From assembly GCF_009914755.1 (NCBI RefSeq), contig NC_060936.1: a stretch of DNA of 64,000 nucleotides; one strand, given 5' to 3'. The position numbers were made by a program, and so were the translations under genes. Below are positions 30,058-48,927 of the stretch, piece after piece (position 1 is the stretch's first letter; every line of letters starts with the position of its first letter). Origin of the DNA: the human T2T-CHM13v2.0 reference genome, Homo sapiens. The notes below the pieces were generated by a model. It saw only the letters and a list, made by a program, of their open reading frames with translations. It was not told where the DNA came from and did no database searches.

Positions 30058-32360
30058 TAATATGGTTTGGCTCTGTGTTCCCACTCAAATCTCATCTTGA
30101 ATTGTAATCCCCACATGTCGAGGGAGGGACTTGTAATCTGGACGTGTTGAGGGAAAGAGGTGATTGGATCATGGGGACAGTTTCCCACCTGCTGTTCTCG
30201 TGACACTGAGTGAGTTCTCATGAGAGCTGATGGTTTTTAGAAGGGGCTCTTCCCCCTTTGCTCACAATCTGTCTCTCTTGCCGCCATGTGAAGAAGGTGC
30301 CTACATCCCCTTCACCTTCCACCCTGACAGTAAGTTTCTTCAGGCCTCCCCAGCCATGTGGAACTGTGAGTCAATTAAATCTCTTTTCATTATAAATTAC
30401 CCAGTCTCAGTCATTTATAACAGTGTGAAAATGGACTAATACACTAAATTGATACTGTGGACAATAGGGTACAGCTATAAAGATAACCTGAAAATGTGGA
30501 AGCTACTTTTGAACTGGGTAATAGGCAGAGGCTGGAATAGGTGGAGACAGGTTCAGAAGAAGATAGGAAGATTTGGGAAAGTTTGGAACTTCCTAGAGGC
30601 TTGTCAAAGGGTTTTGATCAAAATTCTGATAGTGATGTAAACAACAAAAACCAGGCTGAGTTGGTCTCACATGCAGATGAGAAACTTATTGGGAATTGGA
30701 GCAAAGATCACTCTTTCTATGCTTTAACAAAGAGACTGGCAGAATTATGCTGCTGCCCTAGAGATCTGTGGAATTTGGAACCTGAGAGAGATGATTTAGG
30801 GTGTCTGGTGGAAGAAATTTCTAAGCAGCAAAGCATTCAAGAGGTGACAAAGCATAAAAGTTTGGAAAATTTGCAGCCTAACCATGTGGTAGAAAAAAAT
30901 CTATTTTCCGGGGCTAAATTCAAGCCAGCTGCAGAAATTTGCATATGTAATGAGGAGTCCAAAGTTAATCACCAAGACAATGGGCAAAATATCTCCAGGG
31001 CATGTCAGAGACCTTCACAACAGCCCATCCCATCACATGCCTGGAGGTATAGAAGGGAAAAATGGTTTCATGGGCCAGGCCCAGGGCCTGGCTACTGCTG
31101 TATGCAGCCTCAGGACTTGGTGCTCTGTGTCCCAGCGACTCTAGCTCCAGCCATGGCTAAAAGAGGCCAAGGTACAGCTCAGGCTGTTGCTTCAGAGGGT
31201 ACACGCCCCAAGCCTTTGTGATTTCCATGTAGTGTTGGGCCTGTGGGTGCACCGAAGTCAAAAATTGAGGTTTGGAAACCTCTGCCTAGATTTCAGAAGA
31301 TTTGTGGAAATGCCTGGATGTTCAGGCAGAAGTCTGCTGCAGGAGCAGAGCCCTCATGTAGAACCTCTGTTAAGGCAGTGTGGGAGGGAAATGTGGGGTT
31401 GCAGCCCCCACACAGAGCCCCCACTGAGACACTGCCTAGTGGAGCTGTGAGAAGAAGGCCATCATCCTCCAGACCCCAAAATTTTACGTCTACCACCAGT
31501 TTGCTCTGTGTTCCTGGTAAAGCTACAGGCACTCAGTGCCAGCCCATGAAGGTACTGCCCAAGGCTGTGAAAGCCCATCCCTCACATCAGTGTGTTCCAG
31601 GTATGAAACCTGCAGTTAAAGATGATTTGGGGGCTTTAAGATTTAATGACTGCCCCACTGGATTTCAGAATTGCAAGAGGCCTGTAGCACCTTTGCTTTG
31701 GCCAATTTCTCCTATTTGGAATGGGAGCATTTACCCAATGCCTGTACCCACATTGTATTTAGGAAGTAACTAACTTGCTTTTGATTTTACAGGTTTATAG
31801 GTAGAAGGGACTTACCTTGTCTCAGATGAGACTTTGGACTGTGGACTTTTGAGTGAGCACTGAAATGAGTTAAGACTTTGTGGGACTGTTGGGAAGGCAC
31901 AATTGGTTTTGAAATGTGAAAACACATGAGATTTTGGAGGGGTTAGTGGTGGAATGATATAGCTTGGCTCTGTGTGCCCACCCAAATCTCATCTCGAATT
32001 GCAATACCTACGTGTCAAGGGAGGGACCTGTAAATCTTGTGTGTCAAGGGAGGAAGGTGATTGGATTATGGGGGCAGTTTCCCCCATGCTGTTCTCAGTA
32101 TAGTGAGAGCAGTATAGTAAGAGTGAGTTCTCAGGATATCTGATGGTTTTATAAGTGCCTCTTCTTCCCCCTTCACTCACACTCTTTATCCTGCTGCCTT
32201 GTAAAGAGAGTGCCTGCTTCCCTTTCATCTTCCATCATGATTGTATGTTTCCTCAGGCCTCCCCAGCCATGCAGAACTGTGAGTCAATTAAGCCTCTTTC
32301 CTTTATAAATTAGCCAGTCTCAGGTATTTCTCTATGGCAGTGCAAAAATAAACTAATACA
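30058..32360 (+). mobile_element. Complete THE1D MaLR element: LTR 30058-30443, internal 30444-31954, LTR 31955-32360
   Basis: Both LTRs start t(g/a)atat(g/a)g.ttggctctgtgt, carry the doubled tgtaat..gtgt..aggga motif and end ctaataca; internal peptide GSEEDRKIWESLELPR; purine tract before the 3' LTR. Confidence 0.92.
30449..31773 (+). pseudogene. THE1-int (MaLR) gag-derived ORF relic
   Basis: ORFs 30541-31221 and 31243-31773 are in the same frame and separated by one TGA; the upstream part (30449-) is frameshifted near 30545. Confidence 0.75.
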
Positions 32361-32598
32361 AGAAGGAAGAAAAAAGTATTTGTTAAATATTAATTTTATT
32401 TTAACATTATAGAAATAAATACTAGTTTGAATATGATTGAGGCCTTCTTAAGTCATATTTCCTAAGTATCTGGATCTTTTGGGCAAAGATTCCATACTAA
32501 AAGAGAGAAATCAATTAAAAATAAATTGAATCTACTTTTATCAGAAAGCTATAGAATTCCTTCCATTTTGCTTCACCACCCAGTCCTCTTTGTATTTA

Positions 32599-33003
<405 letters not shown>

Positions 33004-33579
33004 TCAAATAAAATTAGCCACTTGAAACAATTGCTTCTAGGACTACCAGTTTGGGGTATAATTTGGTAACAAAACAAATCAAAAATTAATTTCTCTACAT
33101 TTTTTAGATCATAATTCACTTTTATAAAATTAGGAACTACATATCCAACAAAATTAGTTGTGGAATTTCAGAGCAAGGTGAGAATGGCTGGGATGTTTCT
33201 CAAACCCATCTCCTCTACATTCCTAAGTACCTTCAGCCTTCTAGGTCATTAAACTCAGGTCATTCAAACACTGGCTTTGAATTTAGGAAAATCCTCAGGA
33301 CACTTGTCTATCAGTCCATGTCTAGTCATGATGGAAATCTTTGAGTCAAAATTCCACTATTAACGTTTCCCTGGCTTTTTCAATTCTGAGACACAATTGC
33401 TAGAATTCCTCTAGTGTTCTATTTACATGAGGGCCCTACTTTGATGTTTAATTTTGGTAGAGATTGAACTTTTATCTGGTTCATGAGTGGAGTATGGTGA
33501 TAGTATTTTGCTCAGCTTTACGAGGTATACAAATCTCTATTTCCTGGTAACATGTCCTACTTTCCTAAAGCACAGATTA

Positions 33580-33705
33580 TTTTTTTTTATTATTTGTAAA
33601 TTTTTAATCAACAAATAAAAATTATATATATTTAGTATGTACAACATGTTATTGTGAAATATGTATGCATTGTAGAATGGCTAAATTGAGCTAATTAACA
33701 GGTGA
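33580..33705 (-). mobile_element. L1MA 3' terminal fragment
   Basis: tgtacaacatg...aaatatgtatgcattgtagaatggctaaattgagctaattaaca. Confidence 0.7.
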
Positions 33706-35622
33706 ATTTCTTAGATTCTCTTTTTTAGCATTGGAGCTGTTTTTCCACTGTCTTCCTCTCTCTCTATGACATAGCACCCCCTACTGCATGGTCCCTCAAC
33801 TGGGTACATTTCTTCACACTTTGGCAATAGTCTGCTTATGGGTTGCTTGCAAAATTCAAGGAGTGAGACTGTCAGAACAGAAGCTTACAGCTTAGTAAAC
33901 ATTAGGATGGGTCAGCTAGTAATTAGATCTGTTAATAAGGGTGAGGCAGGTACTTATACACAATATAAGTAGACCAGATTTCAGGAGAAAGTTTATACGT
34001 AAGATAGAGCCCAGCATACAGTCAGTATACTTACAGATAATCAAGAGACATCAAAGCAGGTTTTTATGTCTTAAAGAAATACGAATTTATAATTAAGAAG
34101 ATCTAATAACTGGGAATGAAGATCGTGGACTATTAAAGAAAGACTAGAAGAAAATACCATACAGAAAACCAGACTGATACAGCATCAGAGTCCTGTCTTC
34201 AGGAAGGCCATGTAACTGGATAGGGTTTAAGAAACAAACTCTGCCTACAAATATTACTGAAAGGAAAGCAAAACCCCTCATCTCATAGAAGCCAGGAAGT
34301 TAGAAGGATTAATTTAACCTCCTCAGTTACCCTCACCTACACATTCTAAGATGGATAATTTAAAACTGTTTTAATAGAATAGGAGTATACTGTAATAGTT
34401 TATTAAAATATCTGGATCACCTTTATTAAGATAATTTTAAAGTCTTTTAAGGGTGTTCTTTCAAATGTCCTAATAAAATTTCCACTATGGGAGTCATACA
34501 TTTATGTTAAATAAAATGTTTTCAAGGGGTTTCTGTTTAGCTAACATCTTGAAATACAATTAAACACTTAATGCAGCTAAATAACTCAACATTTAAACTC
34601 TTCAAAGTTATATCTCCCATATCCTCCTACAAAAGGTTTTAAAAGATAGAAAAATGGCCATTGTCAATGGAAAAATGACTACTCAGGATTATCATGTGCG
34701 TATGTACATGTGTCTGTGTGCACTTGTGTATGTGTTTATGATTCATTTTTTTAAATGTTTTTCTATGAATAGACAATTTTAAGGTGTATCAAATCTGCTT
34801 TCTCTTAAAGTCATTTTTGTCTCATTTAAAGTAAAAGCTTTTTCTAAAATAAAAGCTAATAATGTTTATAAGACAAACATATTAAGGAAATAATTAAAAT
34901 ACCCATGTGCAGATATTTTATATTTCTTAGTCCCTGGAGAGAAAAATTAAAGGAATAATTTGTGTATGTGAAGCTGTGTATTACTTTGTTGTTTGTGCAA
35001 CTATTTTTTGCACAGTTTGTATGTATACATATAGCATTCCTCCCCGCCAAAAAATTTCCACAACTTTTAAGGATAGCTTTCCAAATAATACAAAATCAAA
35101 AGTTTCTAGGTTTTAGCCTCTCTACCTAAAAACTAAAGAATTGAATTCAAATTATCCAGGAATATAAAATTTTGACTCTTTATAATTACTTTTTAGTTAT
35201 TTGAATCAAACATGTTAAAATCTGAGTAAATTATTTACATTTGTTTTTAAAATGTTACTCTGAAATATAAAAGTTACCTAGAACTTTACACAAATATGGC
35301 CTATTTTCTTAAAAAAGTGCTTGAACTGAAATATTCTCAGACCAAAAACAATGTCAGCACATTAATTATAGATTATTATTTATACAATTATTAGAAGACA
35401 GAATATCATTCATATAACTTTATACTGTAGCTACAATTTACATTTTTAAAATTTTCAATTATAATATTTTATATGAAATATAATCACTTTTAATTTTTAC
35501 TATTCATAGCTACCTTATTTAGAAGGACTAAAATTTTAGATGATGTGACTGTATGTAATTTTGTTAACATGAAATTTTTATACATTGTGTTAATCCCTTA
35601 TTGTCCATAAAGCTTAGTAACA

Positions 35623-35936
<314 letters not shown>

Positions 35937-36351
35937 GCTTAGTAACAAATACATGCTATATTCTCAGCTACACAAAGGGAACAGAGTTTGTAAAAGTTGG
36001 GGTGGGAACTCACAGGTAATTTACATTTGCCAATTAACTTTACCCAAAACAAAAGTCAACTTTCCACTATCTTCCTGACAGGATATAGTTTGACAAGGCA
36101 CCTGGCGAAGTTAAGCTCCTACTTTCCCACAGAAACTGAGAGATAGGGGTGCTTTCTTCCTTGATGATTACATTTCTGAGGTGATTCCCAGGTCCTTAAG
36201 AAAGACATTCTTGGGTTATCACAAGGGTAAGAGGCTTTTATAAGAATTTACACCTCAAAGGGGCATGGGAAGTACTTACAATTACACATTTTCTAATGTA
36301 AATTCACTGAGAAAAAGAAAGGTACCTATGGTCAGGAATAAGACTTCTTGG

Positions 36352-39889
<3,538 letters not shown>

Positions 39890-39904
39890 GAGTTCTTGAG
39901 TCCA

Positions 39905-40182
39905 GGCCAGGCTCCATGGCTCATGCCTATAATCCTAGCACTTTGGAGGCCGAGGAAGACAGATCACCAGTCAAGAGATCAAGACCATCATGGCTAACAT
40001 GTCAAAACCCCATCTCTACTAAAAATACAAAAAAATTAGCTGGGTATGGTGACACGTGCCTATAGTCCCAGCTACTTGGGAGGCTGAGGCAGAAGAATTG
40101 CTTGAATCCAGGAGGTGGAGGTTGCAGTGACCTGATTTGAGCCACTGCACTCCAGCCTGGGCGACAAAGTGAGACTCCTTCT

Positions 40183-40221
<39 letters not shown>
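39905..40221 (+). mobile_element. AluSc-like with A38 tail
   Basis: gtcaagagatcaagaccatc diagnostic; TSD ttcttgagtcca / ttcttgagtaca. Confidence 0.92.
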
Positions 40222-40223
<2 letters not shown>

Positions 40224-40786
40224 CTTGAGTACAGTCAAATTGAAGGGGAACAGTCAAATTAAAGGCTGTCTTGGTCATCTCTAAAGATAAAGTTTATGCT
40301 TCAGCATGGCTCTTTACAATTTGTGTGGAACTTTTGTTTAGAAATTATTTTTTAGTACGGTCAAAAATTAGTTTAATTGAATTGCTTCTAGGCATAAACA
40401 AAATTTTAATTTCTGACATACACTTGCTTAATTTAAAACAAATAACATAAATCAAAGTATAAACTAGAAACCATTATTAAAAGTTTTTATTTTTAAAAGT
40501 ATTCTAAACTCCATAAAATATTTTTATGAGAGCAACATTGATAAAAGTATTACTTTACTGAGTATTTATCAAATGTATTTTACAAAATAAAGGATAAAGA
40601 ATGCTTACCCAGGCGAGGCCCAACAAACACCATGTCCCCAGAAAATAAGAATCTCCCAGAGTGTTGGTAAAATGATCCAGCATTGCTATGAAAGCCTTTA
40701 TTGGGGTAATACAATTTCTAAATATGCATCATTTCAAAAGAAAACAGTGATCGGTACAAATATTTATATGTAAGTATCTATGACTA

Positions 40787-41363
40787 TGTCAATGAAAAGA
40801 GTCAAACTTGTAAAATATTTAAAGAGATTTATTCTGAGCCAAATACAAGTGATCATGGCCTGTGACACAGCCCTCCGGAGGTCCTGAGAATATGTGCCCA
40901 AGGTGGTCGAGGGCGCAGGTTGGTTTTATTCATTTTAGGGAGACAGAAGACTTCAATCAAATACATTTAAGAAATACATTGGTTTGGTCCAGAAAATTGA
41001 GACAACTTGGAAGGGGGTGAGGGGGATGCTTTCAGATTATAGGTAGATTAAAAAATTTCTTGTTGACAATTGGTTGAGTTTAAAGACCTGGGATCAACAG
41101 AAAGAAAATGTCTGGATTGAGATAAGAGGTTGTAGAGACCAAAGTTTAATCATGCAGATGAAGCCTCCAGGTAGCAGGCTTCAGAGGGAATAGCTGTAAA
41201 TGCTTCTTGATCAGACTTAAAGGTCTATGTTGATTTTAACACTGGAGAGGTATACTGAGACATGTTAGACACTTACTTCCCGTTATGGCCTGAACCAGCC
41301 CTGAATGAGGAGAAAGTCCATTCAGATGGCTGGGGGCCCTTCGAATTTTATTTTTGGTTTACA
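40787..41363 (-). mobile_element. MER4-family solo LTR (ERV1)
   Basis: Reverse complement begins tgtaaaccaaaaataaaattcgaaggcccc; contains gagatttattctgagccaaat and tgtgcccaaggtggtc. Confidence 0.85.
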
Positions 41364-42201
<838 letters not shown>

Positions 42202-42205
42202 ATTG

Positions 42206-42510
42206 GTCAGGTGCAATGGCTCTTACCTGTAATCCCTGCTCTTTATGAGGCCAAGCTAAGAGGATCGTTTGAAGTTAGAGGATTGAGACCAGCCTGGGCA
42301 ATGTAGTGAGACCCGATCTCTACAAAAACTTTTAAAAAAATTATTGGGATGTAGTGGTGAGTGCTCATAATTCTATCTACTCAGGAAGCTAAGGAAGGAG
42401 GTTAACTTGAGCCCAGGAGTTCTAGACTTCAGTGAGCTATGATCACACCATTGCACTCCAGCCTGAGCAACGGAGAGAAAGACCCTGTCTCTAAACAAAC
42501 AAACAAAAAA
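42206..42510 (+). mobile_element. AluJ
   Basis: cctgggcaatgtagtgagaccc and tgagcccaggag J diagnostics; diverged. Confidence 0.88.
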
Positions 42511-42514
42511 GAAA

Positions 42515-42864
42515 TTATACATGATATAAATGTCCATTAAAAATAAGCGAAAAAGAGATAACAAGTGTTGACAAGGGTGAAAAGGAAAACTTTGTATACT
42601 GTTAGAGGGACTGTAGAGTGGCGTGGGCATTATGGAAAATAGTACGCAGATTTCCAAATAAATTAAAAATAGAATTCTCACATGATGCAGCCATCTCTCC
42701 TCTAGGTATATACCCAAAGGAAATGAAATTACCATTTTGTAAAGATATTCGTATCCTCATATTCACGGCCATACTATTCACAATAGCCAAGATAGGGAAA
42801 CAACCTGTGTTTGCTAATGGATGAATGAATTTAAAAAATTGTGGTATGTATGTGTGTGTGTGTA

Positions 42865-42916
<52 letters not shown>

Positions 42917-43548
42917 AGTTTTAAAAATCATTTCATATAGTACATGTGTATACAGACACATACACACACACACACACACAGAGACACACACACACAATGG
43001 ATTATTCTGCTTTTAAAAATAAGGATATCTGTCATTTGCCACAACAAGGATGAATCTGGAGGACATTTTGTTAAGTAACATAAGCCAGACACAGAAAGAA
43101 ATATATTGTAGATCTCACTTATACATGGAATCTAAAAAAGTGGAAATTAAATGAACAGAGATAGAGAATAAAACAGTGGTTACCACCAGCACAGTGGGGA
43201 AGAAAGAATTAGGGAGATTTAAGTCAAATGATTCAAAGTAGCAGAGGAAAAGGTCTAAAAATGTAATTTACACCATGAAGACTAAAGTTAACAATAATGC
43301 ATTGTATTTAGGATTTCTGCTTAATGAGTAGATTATAGGTGCCCTTACCACAGTGCAGGGGAGGGGTGGAATGAGTAACTATATGAGATGATGTGTTGAC
43401 TTGTTTCACTATAGTAATCATTTATATATATATATGTGTGTGTGTATATATATGATTGATATATATATATATCATTTATATATACACATATATAGTAAAA
43501 CATGTGTGTACCTTAAATATTCACAATAAAATTTATTTTAAAAATAAA
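42515..43548 (+). mobile_element. L1MA7/8-like 3' end with (TG)/(TA)n/(CA)n microsatellites at 42846-42996
   Basis: ORF 42618-42824 reads LGIYPKE...FTAILFTIAKI; 3'UTR ends aataaaatttatttt. Confidence 0.85.
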
Positions 43549-44111
43549 TGTGTCAAAAGGTAAATTATTAATGAGGATATATTGAAATGCTGATGCTATA
43601 CAGCCATCAGCATTGTTAAAGATGTGTGTGGTTTTAGATATTATGAATGTGTGCATACGTTTGTGTGTGTGTGGAGAGAGAGAAAAAGAGAAAGAAAAAT
43701 TATATAAATGTATCTATTATATATATTTGTTATCAGTTGTCAAATTCTGTATGTAGAATGTAAGAAAACTGGGCTATCTCTGGAGATTATCTCTGGAGAT
43801 AAAAGCTAATATTTTAAAAAGCACAAAGCCTTGTGTAGAAATGCAAAATTATTCTCCTAGTTATCCTGACAGTGACTGCAGTTCTTTCTTATTCAGAATA
43901 CAGTGACAACTCCTATGCCCCAAAAGAAATTCAAATATTAAACATTTTACAGAAATGTATTGCTGTTTATCTAGACACAGAGCCACTCCAAACATTGTCA
44001 GAAATGTTGAATGCTATTAATAGCTCTCTTCTCTAGCTCTCTACTGCACAGATTAACTTACTAATAATCACAACCACGTTTTGATTTCTGCATTGTCTTA
44101 TCTATGTGTCT

Positions 44112-44229
44112 TTCTTAGCATCATTTCACTGAGTTTTCCTATTTTCCTCTTTTATTTAAATTTCTCCAGTGTTCTTAGCATCATTTCACTGAGTTTTCTT
44201 ATTTGCCTCTTTTATTTAAATTTCTCCAG
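44112..44229. repeat. 60-bp tandem duplication
   Basis: ttcttagcatcatttcactgagtttt...tttctccag occurs twice with 2 mismatches. Confidence 0.95.
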
Positions 44230-45039
44230 GGAAAGTATCTGATGGAGTTTAGAATCACCATCTAGCCTATTGCTTTCACATTATATCCCATCATGATGTA
44301 ATGATCAGACACGGAATCCCTGACTTCCATTAAAATTTTAATCTCTGCCCCTAAGAGTTGTTTACAAACAATAAGCACCCTGGGAAGTATTCAGAGCAGA
44401 GACTTTATATTTCTTCTATCTTCTTTCTTTAAAAATATTCTGTAGGTGTTTCCTCTGCTCTTGAATAAATTTCTTTTCCAGAATCATAAGTAATAGAGAA
44501 TTCTAAATTACTTAAATCAAGAAGTGCTTCCTTGAGTTATAAATATTCTTATATGCATTCTAATATATTACTCAAAACAGTAAGCCTTTTTTGTTTATCT
44601 CCCCTTACCTTGTGCAGGTTAAAGAAGAAGAAATCATTGGAGTCTTTATTCTTTCTTGCTCTCCTCATTTACCGCTCATTAGCTGCTGTTTCCAACCCCT
44701 CCAGGATCAGAGCAAAAGTAAAGAAGAAAGATGAAGGGTATAGAAAATTTCCTACTTGATGGTTACTCTTAAAAGAGCTTAGCAGATTCTGGATTTTGAA
44801 AATATTTAAAGCTTACTGTCGCTCTCACGGACCGATTTTGGGCCCATCAGCTAAAACTCCCCTGACGATGTTTATTTTGATGCTCCTTCAGCCAACAATT
44901 ATTTTTTTCCAGAGTTTGACTTTGCAGCAGTCCACTCCACACAAATACTATGTACTCCCTGAAGATAATCCTCTTAGCTTGGACAGAACATAACTCCATC
45001 CTGGCTCTCTCCAGATAGAGTTTATTTTATAGAACTGAA

Positions 45040-46520
45040 TGTGCTGCTTTTCCAGCACAATTGGTTAAAAAGAGTAGTCTATCTCATGAAATTACTTAGA
45101 CACATTTGTTTGGTATCAACTGACTGTAAGTGTGCGTCCATTTCTCTTTTCTGCTCCATTCATTCATATGTCTATCTTTATACCAATACCACATTGTCTT
45201 GATTACTGTAGTTTTATAGTATTCCAATTAAATAGACAGTGTTAGTTCTCTAAATTTGTTCTTTGTTTTCAAAATTGCTTTGACTATACTATGTTCCTAG
45301 AATTTCCATATATATTTTGGAATAATCCTGTCTATTTCTATAGAAGTTTGCTGGGATTTTGATCAGCATTGAAGGTAATCCATAGATTGACTTGAGGAGA
45401 AAGTAGACTATACTATGTTCTCAGTATTTCCATATGCATTTTGGAATAATCTTGTCTATTTCTAAAGAAGTTTCCTGGGATTTTGATTGGCATTGAAAGT
45501 AATCTACAGATTGACTTGAGGAGAAAGAATGTGTTAACCACATCAACTCTTCCAATTCAATAACAAGGTATATCTCTTTGTTTATTTTGGTATTTGTTAC
45601 TTTCTCACAGCAATATTTTGTGGTTTTTCATTTCACAGATCTTGCACATATATAGTAAAATGTATTTATAAAACTTCATATTTTGATTTAAAAATATATT
45701 TCCAATTGCTTATATTACATATAATTGATTTTTGCATACTGACCTAGCATCTTAGAATTCGCTAAGATTATACTAGATTTGAGCTTAGCAAATCTCATAT
45801 TTGGTAGGTTCCTTAGGATTTTCTGCATACTTGATCATATCCTCAAATCAAATAAAGGAGGTTTATTGCTTTGTTTCAATCTGCATTCTCTCTTTCTCTA
45901 TCTGTCTCTCTCATTGCATTGTCTAGGATCATAGTATAACATTAGGTAGAAATGAGAAGAAGTTTAGATGTTTACCCTTGCCTTGTTCTTGATTTTCAGA
46001 GAAAAGCATTTTATATTTATTGTTAAACATAATATTAGCTCTAGATTCTTTGCTTGTTTTATTTAAGCTCCTTTTTATGTGGTTAAGGGAATTCTTTTCT
46101 TGTCCTAGTTTGAAGAAAACTTTTATCTAGATAATGTTGGATTTTATTAGGTGATTTATTTGCATTTAGAGAAATGATAACTTTTTCTCACTTATTTGGT
46201 TAATATGATGGAGTGAATTGATTTTCAAAGTGAAATTGTTATTGAATTTATGGGATAAAGTCTACTTGGTCATGATGTGCTATCATTTTTATGCATTGGT
46301 GAATCCTAATTGTATTTTATAAAAAGTTTATACATGCAGTATGTACATATATAGATACATATAAATATACACACATATGAACAAACTCATATTAGACTGT
46401 AGTTTACTTGTAATATCATAATCTGGTTTTGTTATTTTAATTAATAAAGACAGTACTATTAAATCCCCAAATGTGATTTTTATTTTCTATTTCTTCTTTG
46501 AGTTTTGTCAGTTTTTGTCT
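45040..46520 (-). mobile_element. Old L1M ORF2 with internal ~124-bp tandem duplication (45282-45527)
   Basis: ttccagcacaattggttaaaa and ccaataccacattgtcttgattactgtag; gactatactatgttc occurs at 45282 and 45406. Confidence 0.75.
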
Positions 46521-48895
46521 TACTTATTTTGAAACACTTTTTTTTCTAAAAATACTAAATAGTTACAAAAGGCATTTATAAATTTATTATACAATATTAC
46601 TACACATGTTGCAAGCTAACCTAAACACTTTTAAGTTTAATATTTATAATTAATAGGTTTTTCATTAAATAGTAGTGAGAAACTAGAAAAATCATTTCAT
46701 AATACCCTTCCATCAAACATAAAATATGTTTATTAAAGTTATACTGAAGTAAAAGAGAGTTTGTCACCACAATTCTTTAGAGTATTTTCTATAAAAATAA
46801 ATAAGCCATTTGGTAGGCAAAAGTCACAGATATCCTGGTATGGGAGTAATAGAAAAACAGCATGGGGCTGAGCTTAGGTGAAATTGGAATTAATTTTCAC
46901 AGTTTAGTTGCCAGGTGGTCTAAGATGACATGGCTATTTAATCTTAGCTTGTAAAGGTGTGAAAGTCATAATATAAAAACTGACACATTCAAATAGAAAG
47001 AGAGACAATATTATAATTAGGCTTCATGTTCATAGTAAAGTGTGAAAGCAAAAGATTTTTTTTTACAAATCTCTCTGAATTGTAAGAAAAACCTATTTTT
47101 TGGAAGGTAAATAAGGATTTATATAGTTTTTATTCTCTGTATTACTTGTAGCAGAAGATTTTCTTGGCTGATGCTTATGTTCAAGAATGATCATTTTACC
47201 AGTGCCTGAGATCAATTTTTAGAACCATTCTACTGATGGAAATATGCCTAATTGCATGGTGCAAGATCCAGTTTTCTTTTTTTTTCCTATGGAGCGTTGT
47301 TTTTAAATTAGACCACGCTATCTGTTTCCCTTTCTAATTAAGATACAATCCCATTTGCCCTGATTGCCACAAAATTGTCTGTGAAATATATCTGACAAGT
47401 ACTTTTGATGTCTTTACAAATAAATTTCAATGTATCATATTTATAATTTGTAACATATATAAAGCAATATTTTATGTTAGACACAACAAATATGACTGAG
47501 TAGATTATACTGCCTTTAGTGAACATTTATACCATAATGGTCTGGAGTAGATTTACATCTATATTGGTATTTTATTTGTGAGCAAAGTAACATTATAAAA
47601 TTGGAAATATCTTGTATTCCATATATAACAATTACAATTACAGAATCATGATGACTAAAAATTACATTTATAAACCTTCTGGAAAAGAGAAACCCTACTG
47701 AAACGACTAGTGCTTTACTACCATTAAAACCATTTCCTCACCTATATATGATTAATTTCTACACATACAATATATCACAATCTTATTTTTCACAGCAAAG
47801 ACCCATATTATTTTCTATATAACAAATTTTAAAATTTCTTAACTTTAGTCTCTGTAAATGATATTTTAAGAATAAATGATACTTGATTTGGTAATGAGAC
47901 TCATCTATAGCATGTATAGCAATTTTGTAGGCCAAATCTCTTTGTGTAGGCTAAATCTATAATACTATAGACTCATCTATAGTACTTTTGTAGGCTAAAG
48001 ATAACATTCAAGTGTATAAAATAATTATAATTACTTATTACTGAACATGTCAAACTTTAAAAATGCACCAAAAGTGTTTCCTAGGCTATATCTTATATTT
48101 TAATTAAATTATTTAAAATTATGTAAGAGAATGTTTTATATTTACTCTTTATTTTACATAATCCTCAAAATGACTTCTCTGTTAGATAAGATATAAGCAG
48201 AACAGCAAACTCAATATGTGTTTACCTATGAGTTATCATACTTAAGGAGAGTGGTCAAAGTAAAATTTCTGCATGACATGTCTGTATAACAAGTACCGAA
48301 AACACTGATTGTAAGCTAACATGTTTTTGGGGGTTATAGTATTATATAAAATATATTAACAAAAACTAAATGTTTTTACTCTCACTTAACTTTTCTTAAA
48401 ATATTAAATTATTAAAGTTCAATTTCAATGAATTACATTCTATTACACTGCATATAATTTATGTAAATTAAACAAGATTATAGGTTTTGGGTGTATAAGG
48501 CTAGCTACTGCATCAAGAAATAAATAAGATTTTAACACTGGAGGTTGATCAGTCGCTTATATCACAATCCAATATGGTTGCCATTAGAAAATCATACCCA
48601 GTCCATCTTTTAATCTTCTGTAGCTGATCTCCTTCTTATGTGGCCCAAGAGGTTATAGCCCATGTGGAAAAAAAGGGAAATGAAGTATGGTGTGAGGAAG
48701 ATATTACAAAACAAATTTGATTGTACCATATATCCATTCTTCTCATATTTTATTAAGCAGAAATTTGTCAGACGTCTCCACCTAACTGCATGAAAAGAAA
48801 GAATAGATGCTGGAAAATATAATTTTTCTGTGTGCCTAGGCAAGAAAACTAGATATATTTAGGAAAAATCTGTTATTTCTTTTTTCATAAATGCC

Positions 48896-48927
<32 letters not shown>

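Noticed and set aside
45282-45527. 124-bp tandem duplication
   Set aside because: Old, diverged duplication inside an L1M; recorded under features only.
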